Shown one piece after another: positions 19,973 to 29,917 of a DNA stretch of 64,000 bases. The DNA is taken from the IMG/VR virus record IMGVR_UViG_3300042691_037929, positions 5,899 to 69,898 of that record, one strand, 5' to 3'. The notes beneath the pieces were generated by a model. That model ran no database searches. It saw nothing but the letters and a program-made list of their open reading frames with translations, and was not told the origin of the DNA. Made by a program: the position numbers and the translations under genes. This DNA comes from a virus. Numbering within the stretch: position 1 is the first letter of the stretch; every line of letters starts with the position of its first letter.

Positions 19973-20000
19973 TTTACTTTTTTTTAAAAAAAACTATAAT
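19973..20000 (+). promoter_or_regulatory. TTTACT-N16-TATAAT promoter
   Basis: Lies 7 nt upstream of the ATG of the terminase paralogue. Confidence 0.65.
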
Positions 20001-20007
20001 ATGGTTT

Positions 20008-20658
20008 ATGGAGAACCTGTATGAAACATATTATAAAAATAATTTTTATCTTCCTGTTCTAAATTATTTGCCATTAGAAAAAGAAATTTCGAAGATTAGA
20101 GATTATCAATTAGATTTATTGAGAATTTTTCATAAATATAATAATGTTTCTGTTGTAAAGACAAGACAAATAGGTGCATCAACTATTTTAGCTTACTATA
20201 TTTCTTGTTTGATTTTATTAAATGATAGTTGTGAATATAAAAAAATTGTAATATTTACTCCAAACAAAGAGCTTTTTATGAATAAACTTTCTTATTTTTT
20301 GAGAAATAAAGAAGTTGAAGCCGCATATTATAACAAACACCGTTTAATTTATAATAATGTTGAAGTACATATAGTTAATCATATAGACCAACTTAGAGGT
20401 AATAACCCAGATATTTTTATAGCAGAAGAAATTACAGGTTTAGAAGAGGATAAATGTAACTTAATTCTTAGATGTTCACTATTTTTTAAAAAAAGCATAA
20501 TTGTTTCTTCTCTTGGCGGAAAAAGTGATAAAATCTTTAAAAAATGGCATTCAAATATAGTGAGCAAAACAAAAACATTTAAAAAAAGAATAATTTTAGA
20601 AAAAAAGAACAACATACTAAATGATGATTATATGTATTTTAATGCTTCATTTAATTAA
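20008..20658 (+). CDS. Truncated, diverged terminase ATPase-domain paralogue
   Basis: DYQ...VKTRQIGAS vs PYQ...LKSRQMGLS; LRGNNPDIFIAEE vs GRGESLTCLILDE; IIVSS vs IMIST; no nuclease domain. Confidence 0.85.
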   Translation: MENLYETYYKNNFYLPVLNYLPLEKEISKIRDYQLDLLRIFHKYNNVSVVKTRQIGASTILAYYISCLILLNDSCEYKKIVIFTPNKELFMNKLSYFLRNKEVEAAYYNKHRLIYNNVEVHIVNHIDQLRGNNPDIFIAEEITGLEEDKCNLILRCSLFFKKSIIVSSLGGKSDKIFKKWHSNIVSKTKTFKKRIILEKKNNILNDDYMYFNASFN

Positions 20659-20660
20659 AA

Positions 20661-20678
20661 AAAGCTCTTATGGGCTTT
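20661..20678 (+). terminator. Weak hairpin after terminase paralogue
   Basis: AAAGCTC-TTAT-GGGCTTT. Confidence 0.4.
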
Positions 20679-20716
20679 AGAAAAAGAAAATTTATATATT
20701 TATTAAAAAAGAAAAT

Positions 20717-22600
20717 ATGTCAGAAGAAAGTGTATTTATATCATTATTAGATAGATTAAAAAGAGGAAGGACTTCCAGAACATTACCAAGTGAAAGAGGT
20801 GTTTTAACAGGAAATGTTGCAGCACCAACATCTAATACTATGCAGCAAAAGCAACAAGACTTTTTAGATGTTCAATCTCAAAAAATAGCTCAAGATATAT
20901 ACTCAAGAAGTAATTATTATGACACTGATAGGCTTGGTGCATATAACGATTTTAGAGCCATGGATATGTCGCCAGAAGTTTCTGCTGCACTTGATATTAT
21001 TACTGATGAGTGTGTCACAAGAAATGAGAGAGGAGAAATACTTTCTATATACTCTGATAATCAAAGAATAAAAACTGTTTTAAAAGACCTTTTTAAAAAC
21101 AGGTTAAATATGGAATATAATTTAACTTTTTTAATTAGGGAAATGATAAAGTTTGGTGATACTTTCTGGAAACTTGAAATAGACCAAAATGAAGGAATCT
21201 ATGATTCTAGAGCTTTACCAGTTGCAGAGATTCACAGAGAAGAAGCGTTTGATGGAAATGTAAATTCATCAAGATTTAAGTGGGACGTAAACGGTATGTA
21301 TTTTGAAGAATTTCAAATTGCACATTTTAGATTAGTTTCTGATGGAACTAAATTGCCTTATGGTAGAAGTGTTTTAGACCCAGCAAGAAAGCTTTGGAAG
21401 CAATTACAGTTAGCAGAAGATGCTATGCTTGTTTATAGAATAATAAGAGCTCCTGAAAGAAGAGTTCATTATATAGAAGTAGGAAATCTTGAAGCTGGCG
21501 ATGTTCATCAATATGTTGAGAGAATAAAAAGAGAATTAAAGAAGTCTTCTATTGTTGACCAAAAAAGTGGTCAAATGAATTTGAAATATAATCCAATGAC
21601 AATGGAAGAAGATTATTTCATTCCTATTAGGGGTGATAAGTCTTCAAGAATAGAAACACTTCCTGGCGCTTCTAACCTTGGAGAAATTCAAGATGTCGAG
21701 TATTTGCAAAATAAATTATTTGCTGCATTAAAGGTTCCTAAACCATATTTGAATTATGCAGAATCAATGCCAGGAGGTTCAGCTTTATCTCAAGCAGATT
21801 TAAGATTTAGTAGAACCATAAATAGAATTCAAGAAAATGTAGTTATAGAATTGAGAAGAATTGCCAACATTCATCTTTTCCTTTTAGGATTTGAGGATGA
21901 TATGGACAATTTTGACTTAAAATTAACCAATCCTTCTACTCAGCAAGAATTGTTAAAGCTGGAAACAATGAAGGCAAGACTTGAGGTTTTTAAGGAAATT
22001 TATACTGGCGAAGCAACTTCTCCAGTTTCTTATACTTGGGCCATGGAATATATTATGGGATTCTCAAAGTCTGAAATTAAACAAATATTAAGACAGAAAA
22101 AAGTTGAAAAGAAAATGTTTTCTGAAATTGATATGGCTGCTGAAGAATATATGGAGACTGGTTTATTTGCTGATATTGATAGCAAATTTAAAGTTTCTTC
22201 AGGTCCAGCTGGAGAAGTTCAGGCTGGAGAAGCTATGCCTGGTGCATCTCCAGAAGCTGCTGCAGGAGGTCTTCCTGGCGCAGAAGACTTTGGTGGTGGA
22301 GCTGAAATGGGTGGAGGGCTAGAAGAGCCAGCTGCTGCTCCTGAAGCTGGAGGAGGAGAACCTACAGAATTAGCAGAATCAATTCTTTTTGAAGAAGTTA
22401 ATGTAAATAAAAAAGATAATTTAATAATTAAAGAACAAAGTGATGAAGAGCTTTTTGATAAAATTGAATTGAAAAACAAAAATTTAAATACAAAAACAAA
22501 AAGAATAATAGATGTAATAACAGATAGATTGAATAAAATAAATGAAGAAACTGGTTTGGATGAAAACGGTAATGATTTATTAAATAATGGAACAAATTAA
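20717..22600 (+). CDS. Portal protein (T4 gp20-like)
   Basis: PEVSAALDII, EDAMLVYRIIRAPERRVHYIEVGNL, EDYFIP, IETLPG, ALKVP motifs; G/A/E/P-rich tail. Confidence 0.96.
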   Translation: MSEESVFISLLDRLKRGRTSRTLPSERGVLTGNVAAPTSNTMQQKQQDFLDVQSQKIAQDIYSRSNYYDTDRLGAYNDFRAMDMSPEVSAALDIITDECVTRNERGEILSIYSDNQRIKTVLKDLFKNRLNMEYNLTFLIREMIKFGDTFWKLEIDQNEGIYDSRALPVAEIHREEAFDGNVNSSRFKWDVNGMYFEEFQIAHFRLVSDGTKLPYGRSVLDPARKLWKQLQLAEDAMLVYRIIRAPERRVHYIEVGNLEAGDVHQYVERIKRELKKSSIVDQKSGQMNLKYNPMTMEEDYFIPIRGDKSSRIETLPGASNLGEIQDVEYLQNKLFAALKVPKPYLNYAESMPGGSALSQADLRFSRTINRIQENVVIELRRIANIHLFLLGFEDDMDNFDLKLTNPSTQQELLKLETMKARLEVFKEIYTGEATSPVSYTWAMEYIMGFSKSEIKQILRQKKVEKKMFSEIDMAAEEYMETGLFADIDSKFKVSSGPAGEVQAGEAMPGASPEAAAGGLPGAEDFGGGAEMGGGLEEPAAAPEAGGGEPTELAESILFEEVNVNKKDNLIIKEQSDEELFDKIELKNKNLNTKTKRIIDVITDRLNKINEETGLDENGNDLLNNGTN

Positions 22601-22610
22601 TATTTAAAAT

Positions 22611-22895
22611 ATGAGTTACGAAAATTTAAGAAAACAAATAACAGAAAAAAGATTAGGCAAATCTAAAATAGAACAAAACAATATAGAAGAAGATGAACAC
22701 GGTATAGATGAGAAGTGGCAAAAAATTAAGCGACTTATAGATAAGACTGAGCCTAGATTGTATAAATTTATGTTTAAAGAAACTCATGACGCTTCTATTG
22801 ATGCAAGAAATAATTTAAATGAAATAAGAAAGCTTTGCGTAGAGCTTAGAGATAGTATATTAAAGCAAAGACAAGATAATGAAAGCAAATATTAA
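22611..22895 (+). CDS. Small helical protein, possibly Hc1/histone-H1-like family
   Basis: ASIDARNNLNEIRKLCVELR resembles the AG-x-RAR-x-x-L-x-EI-x-K...LR motif of that family, recalled from memory. Confidence 0.4.
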   Translation: MSYENLRKQITEKRLGKSKIEQNNIEEDEHGIDEKWQKIKRLIDKTEPRLYKFMFKETHDASIDARNNLNEIRKLCVELRDSILKQRQDNESKY

Positions 22896-23546
22896 TTAAA
22901 CATTTTTAAATTGCTCTGATATAATATTTCTAATTGTTTTTCTTAATTTTTGTTCTTGTAAATTAAAAAACTTTTCCTTTTGTTTTTCATAATAAGATAG
23001 TGCTGGCTTTGAAAAATTTTCAAGTTGTTCTTTAGTAAAATCGTTTGCGCCATTTGAAAAAATAACAGTATCTATTAAATTTTTTAAATTTTGTAGTTTT
23101 AAATATTTAATTTCATGTGGATACATATCAGAAGTTTTAATCAACTTTTTATTGGCATAATATCTTTTTTCATCATCAGAAAGTTTATCAAACCTATCTT
23201 TATTTAAAAAGTACCCAGATAAAACATTTACAGCCATCAAAACGTTTTTCCTCCATTCTTTATCCATGGAATCAAACAGCTCTTGTGTAAACCAACTCCT
23301 GTTCATGTTATAGCTATACAATTCTTTTTGAGTTTCATCAGATTGTTTCCATTCTTCTGGTGTTATCCAAGCTAGCTTTTGAAATCTTTTGTTTGTATAT
23401 TTTTCAAGCTGTTTTTTATTAAGAAATTGAACTTCTTTTCTTGATAAATTTATATCAAAATTAATTAATTTATCTAAAAGCTCTTCTCTTTCTTTTTTTG
23501 AAAGAGAATCAATTTCATTTCTTTTATGTAATAGAGTTATATCCAT
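22896..23546 (-). CDS. Hypothetical helical-repeat protein, putative head-packaged
   Basis: Start placed at MDITLL (23546), below a TATTTATA at 23565-23558. Repeated F/W-x-x-L-S/D-x-E-x-K units; C-terminal LRKTIRNIISE. Confidence 0.55.
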   Translation of the reverse strand: MDITLLHKRNEIDSLSKKEREELLDKLINFDINLSRKEVQFLNKKQLEKYTNKRFQKLAWITPEEWKQSDETQKELYSYNMNRSWFTQELFDSMDKEWRKNVLMAVNVLSGYFLNKDRFDKLSDDEKRYYANKKLIKTSDMYPHEIKYLKLQNLKNLIDTVIFSNGANDFTKEQLENFSKPALSYYEKQKEKFFNLQEQKLRKTIRNIISEQFKNV

Positions 23547-23574
23547 ATTTAATATATTATAAATATTCATTAAT

Positions 23575-23606
23575 TTTGATTATTTGTTGCTTTTTGCTTA
23601 TATTTG
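23575..23606 (+). promoter_or_regulatory. Bacteroidota-type primary sigma promoter for dnaE
   Basis: Exact TTTG-N20-TATATTTG. Confidence 0.75.
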
Positions 23607-23627
23607 TAAATTGAAATAAAAAAAAAT

Positions 23628-26600
23628 ATGTTTATAGTATTTGATACAGAAACTACAGGCCTACCAGAAGATTTTAGCGCACCAATAACTGACTTTGATA
23701 ATTGGCCAAGAATAGTTCAATTAGCATGGAAAGTTTATGATGTAAATGGAAATGTTATAAGTACTTACAATAGAATTGTTAAGCCAGAAGGCTTTACCAT
23801 ACCGCCAGAGTCAATAAAGGTTCACAGAATTACAAATGAAAGGGCAAACTCAGAAGGATTACCTTTACTTGAAGTGTTAAACGAGTTTGTTCAATGTATT
23901 AAAGAATCAAAATTTTTAGTGGCTCACAATATTAGTTTTGATAATAAAATTACTGGTTGTGAGTTTTTGCGAATGGGAATGCATAATTATATGAATGATA
24001 TAATTCATGTTTGTACTATGAATTCAACAATTGATTATTGCAGAATACAAGGAGGTATGGGCTTAAAGCCGCCAACCTTAACAGAACTTCATAGTAAACT
24101 TTTCGGAAAAGGATTTGAAGATGCTCACGATGCATTAATTGACGTAGAGGCATTGGCTAAATGTTTTTTTAAATTAAAAGAAATAGGTGTTTTAGGTTTT
24201 GACGAAAATTGTATTCAATATTTAGATTCAAAATTTAGTGAGAAAAATATTTATGATAAATGGTCACAAAAAAATGGAGAACCAATAAGTCCAGTTAAAT
24301 TGGTAAACTTTGGGGTTCATACATATAACTCTATATTAGAAGGTGCCGCATCGGCTAGTGATTACATAAAAAAAGCAAAAGAATTTAATCATGATACTAT
24401 CGTTTTAACAGATAAAGGAAATATGTCTGGCTCTTTTGCTTTTTATCAAAAGTGTAAAAATGAAAAGATAAAACCAGTAATTGGTTGCGAGTTTTATTTG
24501 AATGATAGCATAGGAGGTGAATATGAAGAAAAAATACAAGACACAAATGTATTACAGAAAATAATAGTAAAAAACAAAGATGGATATGTAAATATTAACA
24601 GATTAAATTACCTATCTTTTACAGAAGGTTATTATAGAGTTCCAAGAATCAAAACTGATTGGGTTTCAGAAAATAAAGAAGGTTTAATTTTAACAACATC
24701 CTCTAAAGGTGGAATGGTTTCAAAATATGTTCAAAGAGGAAAATATGATTTGGCTGAAAATTACATAAAAAAAATGATTGAAATTTTCGGAAAACAATCA
24801 TATATAGCTGAAATATCATTAGAAGACAATCAAATACAGAGACAATATAACAAGTTTATTATCAACATGGCATCAAAATATGGAATGGCATTAATTGTTG
24901 CCAATGATGTATATTATGCCAAAGAAGAAGATTCTGTTCTTCAAGATGTTTTGAGTTCTATCGACCAAAAGAAGTCTATAAAAAAATCTAGAACAAAAGA
25001 AAATAGAAATATGAATTATGTTTCTGAGGACATTTTGTTAAACATGAATAAAGAGTTTGGCTACAATTATGATGAAAACTTTTTGAAAATGTGCATGATT
25101 ACATCTAATAGAGTAGCTTCTATTTGTGATTTTGAATTTGAAGTTGATATAGAAAAATACCCAGAATATAAACCTACTCAAGATGTAATTGAATATTTTG
25201 GAACAGATGATACTGAAGAAATAATAAAAAAATTATCTCATGCTAAATTAAATCAAAAATTAAAAATTTACGAAAAACAAGGTCCAATAGCAATAGATGA
25301 AGAAAAAGTAAAAGAGTATAGAAATAGACTTGATTATGAGATAGAAGTAATTAAGGAGAAGAAAATGGTTGATTACTTTTTAGTTGTATGGGAGCTTATT
25401 AGATATTGTGGAGAAAATAATATCGAAGTTGGTCCTGGGAGAGGTTCTGCGGCTGGCTCTTTATTATCTTGGTGTTTAGATATAACAAAAATAGACCCAT
25501 TAAGGTTTAAGTTGTATTTTGAAAGATTTTTGAACCCGACAAGAAAGGGTCCACCAGATATTGATATTGACTTTGAAACTGGTTCAGACGTTAAAACAGA
25601 TGAGTTTCTTTATAAAAAATATGGCAAAGAATGCGTATTCCCAGTTATTACATTTTCAACTTTTAACGAAAAAGGATGTTTAAAAGATGTTTCTAAGGCT
25701 TTTGGTCAAGATGGAGGCTTTGAATCTGATGTTTTTGCTGTTACGAAAGAAATGCCTAAAATGTTCATGAAATATGACGGCGGACTGAAAGAGTGGATTG
25801 AGGACTGGAAATATAATCAAGAAGCTTCTGAAAGAGTTAAAGACTGGTTAAATGACTCTAAAAATAAAAAAATTATAGATACAACTTTAACTCTACAAGG
25901 TCAAATAAGGAATTTAGGTAAACATGCTGCTGGAATAGTTATTACTCCTGGTCCAGTTTGGGACTATATGCCAATTAATGTAGTTAAGGGAGTTAGAGTA
26001 TCTGGCTTTCAAGAATCTGGTAGTGGAAAGGATTTATCAACATTAGGAATTCTTAAATTAGATAGACTTAATTTAACAACATTAAACATATTAAAAGAAT
26101 CTATAAGACTTGTAAAAGAGAGAAAAGGTATTGACATTACTGAACAGGTAAAATATGTTGATTTAGATAATAAAGAATTGTTTGAAGAATTAAGACTAGG
26201 AAACAATCAAGGTATATTTCAGTTTGAATCTGATGGTATGTCTAAATTAATTAAAGACATGCACATAGAAAGTTTTGAAGAAATGGTTGCCGCAAATGCA
26301 TTATATAGACCAGGGCCAATGGGTGTTGGGGCTCACGAAGAATATATAAGAAATAAAAAAGACCCAGAATCCATAAATCCAGTACACCCATCTCTTGAGC
26401 CTTTATTGAGAGAAACAAATGGTGTTCTTATTTTTCAAGAGCAACTTATGTTTATAGCTCATGAATTGGCAGGAATGAGCTTAGGTGAAGGTGACAATTT
26501 GAGAAAAGTTATGGATAAGGCTTCTAAAATAATTAAAAAAAGTTTATCAGGGGAAGAATTAGAAGATAAAGAAATAAATGACAAAAGTTACAAAGAATAT

Positions 26601-27611
26601 TCAAAGCTTTGGCAACAATTTAAGGAGGGTTGTAAAAAGAATGGCTTAGATGAAAATGCCATAAAGGATATAGAGGAATGGTTAATTAAGTATTTGGGAT
26701 ATTCTTTTAATAGAAGTCACAGTGTTAGTTATTCGTATGTTGCCATGCAAACTCTTTTTATGAAGAAATATTATCCTGCTGAATTTTATACTGCTTTATT
26801 GAATCACGCAAAAGATGACGAACAGTGGTTATCAGCAGCTATAATGGCTGCTTTTACAAAAGGCATAAAGATATTGCCACCAAGTAGAAAATCTAAGTGG
26901 GAATGGACAATGTTAGACAATGAAAATATTTTAATGGGATTTTCTAGTATTAATGGTATGGGAGAAATTGCTTATAATGAACTTCAGGAAGCCGATATAG
27001 AAAATATTAAAAAAGACGAATTTTTTATGCGTCAATTTTCCAAATTTAATAAAGCAAATTTTGAAGCGTGTTTGTGTGCTGGCGTTTTCGATGATTGGTC
27101 TGAATCAAGAGAGGAACTTCTTGAATTTAGAAAATTTAAAATTAAAAGAAACACTATGCAAATGGATTTATTTGGACAAAATAATTTTGATATAATGGAA
27201 GAAAGTTTGTATGGTAAGTTTGAGCCTACTCCAAAAGAAGAAAAATATAAACAATTTATTAAAGTTTGTAGTATTGATTTAGATATTTTTCATAAAATAT
27301 CACAATTAAAAGAGAACTTTAGAAATCAATATAATATAAGTGTTCATTCTGTTATAGAATTCGACAATCCAGACAAATATTATTATTTTGTTTTAAGAGA
27401 TTTTGTGCCAAAAATTTCAAAAAATGGAAAAAAGTTTTGGACTTTAGAGTTGAGTGATGGCGGAGCATCTGTTAAAGTTATCTTATGGGAAGATGGTTAT
27501 GATAGAGTAAAGGATTTATTAGAAAAAGGAGGAATTTATTTAACGAAATTTTCAAAAGATAAAAATTGGTTAAATTTTCAGGACGGATGTCAGTTTAGAA
27601 GGGTTTTTTAA
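23628..27611 (+). CDS. dnaE: DNA polymerase III alpha with fused N-terminal DEDDh 3'-5' exonuclease
   Basis: FDTETTG...AHNISFD...AHDALID exonuclease; PHP region; GRGSAAGS, PDIDIDF, KHAAG, GYSFNRSH; C-terminal OB fold. Confidence 0.96.
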   Translation: MFIVFDTETTGLPEDFSAPITDFDNWPRIVQLAWKVYDVNGNVISTYNRIVKPEGFTIPPESIKVHRITNERANSEGLPLLEVLNEFVQCIKESKFLVAHNISFDNKITGCEFLRMGMHNYMNDIIHVCTMNSTIDYCRIQGGMGLKPPTLTELHSKLFGKGFEDAHDALIDVEALAKCFFKLKEIGVLGFDENCIQYLDSKFSEKNIYDKWSQKNGEPISPVKLVNFGVHTYNSILEGAASASDYIKKAKEFNHDTIVLTDKGNMSGSFAFYQKCKNEKIKPVIGCEFYLNDSIGGEYEEKIQDTNVLQKIIVKNKDGYVNINRLNYLSFTEGYYRVPRIKTDWVSENKEGLILTTSSKGGMVSKYVQRGKYDLAENYIKKMIEIFGKQSYIAEISLEDNQIQRQYNKFIINMASKYGMALIVANDVYYAKEEDSVLQDVLSSIDQKKSIKKSRTKENRNMNYVSEDILLNMNKEFGYNYDENFLKMCMITSNRVASICDFEFEVDIEKYPEYKPTQDVIEYFGTDDTEEIIKKLSHAKLNQKLKIYEKQGPIAIDEEKVKEYRNRLDYEIEVIKEKKMVDYFLVVWELIRYCGENNIEVGPGRGSAAGSLLSWCLDITKIDPLRFKLYFERFLNPTRKGPPDIDIDFETGSDVKTDEFLYKKYGKECVFPVITFSTFNEKGCLKDVSKAFGQDGGFESDVFAVTKEMPKMFMKYDGGLKEWIEDWKYNQEASERVKDWLNDSKNKKIIDTTLTLQGQIRNLGKHAAGIVITPGPVWDYMPINVVKGVRVSGFQESGSGKDLSTLGILKLDRLNLTTLNILKESIRLVKERKGIDITEQVKYVDLDNKELFEELRLGNNQGIFQFESDGMSKLIKDMHIESFEEMVAANALYRPGPMGVGAHEEYIRNKKDPESINPVHPSLEPLLRETNGVLIFQEQLMFIAHELAGMSLGEGDNLRKVMDKASKIIKKSLSGEELEDKEINDKSYKEYSKLWQQFKEGCKKNGLDENAIKDIEEWLIKYLGYSFNRSHSVSYSYVAMQTLFMKKYYPAEFYTALLNHAKDDEQWLSAAIMAAFTKGIKILPPSRKSKWEWTMLDNENILMGFSSINGMGEIAYNELQEADIENIKKDEFFMRQFSKFNKANFEACLCAGVFDDWSESREELLEFRKFKIKRNTMQMDLFGQNNFDIMEESLYGKFEPTPKEEKYKQFIKVCSIDLDIFHKISQLKENFRNQYNISVHSVIEFDNPDKYYYFVLRDFVPKISKNGKKFWTLELSDGGASVKVILWEDGYDRVKDLLEKGGIYLTKFSKDKNWLNFQDGCQFRRVF

Positions 27612-28087
27612 TCCTTTTTGTTTAACTTTTCTTTTATCTTGTCTTTTATGTCATAAAGAAGACCTTTTGGAAGATATCCTAATTGAGCAAGATTTTCGTA
27701 TATTGACACTATTAATGTACCAATAAGTCCACCATATACCATGCCTGGAAGCCATACGAATAAAGAAGAGTATATTGCAGCATTCCAACTAATAGCTAAC
27801 ATTAAAACGTATATTGTTGATATAACAAATATTCTTGGCAATCTACTACTACTAAAAGTTTTATATACATAAGCTTTCCAGATTCCAGTTAAAGCGTCAA
27901 TTCCAATTAAAAACAGCATAAAATAAACGGCTTGAACATCATTCCAAATATAATGTGTTATAAATGAAGTGAACATTGTTACTAAGGCTACTGTACCGTT
28001 AAATACCAAACTTTTGATTCCTACTAGGCATTCAAAGAATTCTCTTAAACTACTAAAACCTAATATTAATTTATTTTCTTGTATCAC
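27608..28087 (-). CDS. Holin (phage holin 4-like)
   Basis: 3-4 hydrophobic segments, IDALTGIWKA and SIYENL motifs, basic C-terminus. Confidence 0.8.
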   Translation of the reverse strand: MIQENKLILGFSSLREFFECLVGIKSLVFNGTVALVTMFTSFITHYIWNDVQAVYFMLFLIGIDALTGIWKAYVYKTFSSSRLPRIFVISTIYVLMLAISWNAAIYSSLFVWLPGMVYGGLIGTLIVSIYENLAQLGYLPKGLLYDIKDKIKEKLNKKD

Positions 28088-28109
28088 AATCTTTTTTTTT
28101 GTATATTTG
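28078..28109 (+). promoter_or_regulatory. Bacteroidota-type promoter for the 28144-33002 run
   Basis: CTTG-N20-TATATTTG. Confidence 0.65.
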
Positions 28110-28143
28110 CTGTTTAGAAATAAATATTAAATAATATATTAAA

Positions 28144-28488
28144 ATGGCCGAATTTATTAAGAAAATAACATTTAAATATAAGAAAAAAGATGGTGAGGAA
28201 ACTGTAAGAAACATTCTTGCACCAAAATTTTTAAAAGAATCTTTTAATTCTTTTAAAGAATTAGAAAAAGAACAGGTAAATTATATCTCTGGATATGAAA
28301 TAGAATCAGAAGGTATGGATGAAGATGAAATAAAAGAATATGAAGAATCAATTTGTGATTATTTTACTTTAGCATTACCTACAATGGAAGAGTATTTAAA
28401 GGATTTAGGATTAAATCCAGACAAAGTAAAACAGAAATCTTTTAAAAAAGATGGAGTTTTAAATTATAAAATAATAAAAGATGAGTGA
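28144..28488 (+). CDS. Hypothetical protein with WYL/SH3-like N-terminus
   Basis: ITFKYKKKDGEETVRNI matches the start of WYL-like folds. Confidence 0.5.
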   Translation: MAEFIKKITFKYKKKDGEETVRNILAPKFLKESFNSFKELEKEQVNYISGYEIESEGMDEDEIKEYEESICDYFTLALPTMEEYLKDLGLNPDKVKQKSFKKDGVLNYKIIKDE

Positions 28489-28822
28489 CAAAAAAGAAAA
28501 TAAGGTTGAAGATAGCTTTTGGGATTTAAAAGGCAAAAAAAATGTCAACACATTTTTTGGTGATGAAAATGCTTTTGGTGGAAAAAGGTTTTTAATTTTA
28601 GAAAAGATGAATTGCTCTAGATATGAAGTAATTAAAAAGTCTATGATTATAGGTAATTTATCAAAAAAAATAAAGTTTATATCAGAAAAAATTTCAGAAG
28701 CTGGTAGACAGCCTTCAGCCAATTATTTTATTGTTGGTAGTAATTTCTTATTAAATAAAGTTGAAGAGTCCGAAAACGGCTCAATAGATAATTTGGATTT
28801 TTTAGATGATTTATACAATTAA
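28481..28822 (+). CDS. Small protein with a major-capsid (gp23)-like segment
   Basis: LSKKIKFISEKISEAGRQPSANYFIVG resembles T4 gp23 LLFQIDKEAVEIARQTGRGEGNFIIAS (recalled). Confidence 0.5.
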   Translation: MSDKKENKVEDSFWDLKGKKNVNTFFGDENAFGGKRFLILEKMNCSRYEVIKKSMIIGNLSKKIKFISEKISEAGRQPSANYFIVGSNFLLNKVEESENGSIDNLDFLDDLYN

Positions 28823-28823
28823 T

Positions 28824-29909
28824 ATGGGTATTAAATTAAAGATAAAATCTATTAAAGATAGAGTAGAAAATGGAAACTTGTTAATTTATGTTCCTTTTGA
28901 TATTGATTTAAAAAAAAATATTAATAATTATCTGTTTTTTGATTGGATTAAAAGTTGGGGTTTTAGATACAAGTACAACAACAAATTAAATGAAACTCAT
29001 TTTATAATTCCTAAGAACTTTGATTTAAAAGAAGTTTTTTATAAAAGAGAACAATTTGAGTATTGTTTAGGGTTCAACAAAACAAGAGGTAAAAGCATGA
29101 GTGAAAGTGATTTTTTAGAGTTTGTTTATATGAAGTTTTTAAAGTCTATGGGTATTACAAAAAAAACAACATCTTTTGCAAGAGGTATTCAAGGTCACAA
29201 AAAAACAAAACTAACTGAAATGATGTATTATCATTTTGTGTGCAATAAATATGATAATAAAATAGATGACATTTTATATTTAGATGAAATTGATTTAAAT
29301 GAAAAGTCTTATCAATATTTGAAAAATTCATTACTAAAAACAGCAGACAATAAAGCTCTTATTTTATATAAAAATAGAGAAGAATTGCCAGACTTGGATA
29401 ATTTAAAATCTTATTTGAGGTTAAAAAAGATTAATAATTTACAAGTTAAATCCTCTAAAGGAGATAAAATAAAAGATTTTATGATTGGCTTTGAGGATAA
29501 ATTTTCCAATCACAAAATGGCATATAATGCACTTTTTGGAATAATGTTTTCAAATGAGTCTGGTTCAATAAAAATAGATTTTTCAAATAAAGAAGACTTT
29601 GAAAAATCAAATGGTGTTTATTTAACAAATACTCTAACTAAACTTAAAGAACTTGGAATTTTATTTGAAAGAACTGAAGATTTTCATTCAAACTTATTAC
29701 AATTTTATTATATTAAATCATTTCAAACAACTAATCCTTATTTTTTACTTAATGCACTTGTAGAGCATTGTAAAAAAATAAACGAAATATATGATAATAA
29801 AGATTATGATTTATTAAAAGATGATAATGTAAAAATATTTTTGACAAGTATGATGGAAGATTTAATTTTGGGTATGAAAAGTCTTGGATTATTTTTGGTC
29901 GAAGAATAA
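28824..29909 (+). CDS. Hypothetical protein
   Basis: Long K/N/F-rich ORF; start placed at MGIKLK after the upstream stop. Confidence 0.6.
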   Translation: MGIKLKIKSIKDRVENGNLLIYVPFDIDLKKNINNYLFFDWIKSWGFRYKYNNKLNETHFIIPKNFDLKEVFYKREQFEYCLGFNKTRGKSMSESDFLEFVYMKFLKSMGITKKTTSFARGIQGHKKTKLTEMMYYHFVCNKYDNKIDDILYLDEIDLNEKSYQYLKNSLLKTADNKALILYKNREELPDLDNLKSYLRLKKINNLQVKSSKGDKIKDFMIGFEDKFSNHKMAYNALFGIMFSNESGSIKIDFSNKEDFEKSNGVYLTNTLTKLKELGILFERTEDFHSNLLQFYYIKSFQTTNPYFLLNALVEHCKKINEIYDNKDYDLLKDDNVKIFLTSMMEDLILGMKSLGLFLVEE

Positions 29910-29917
29910 AATAATAA

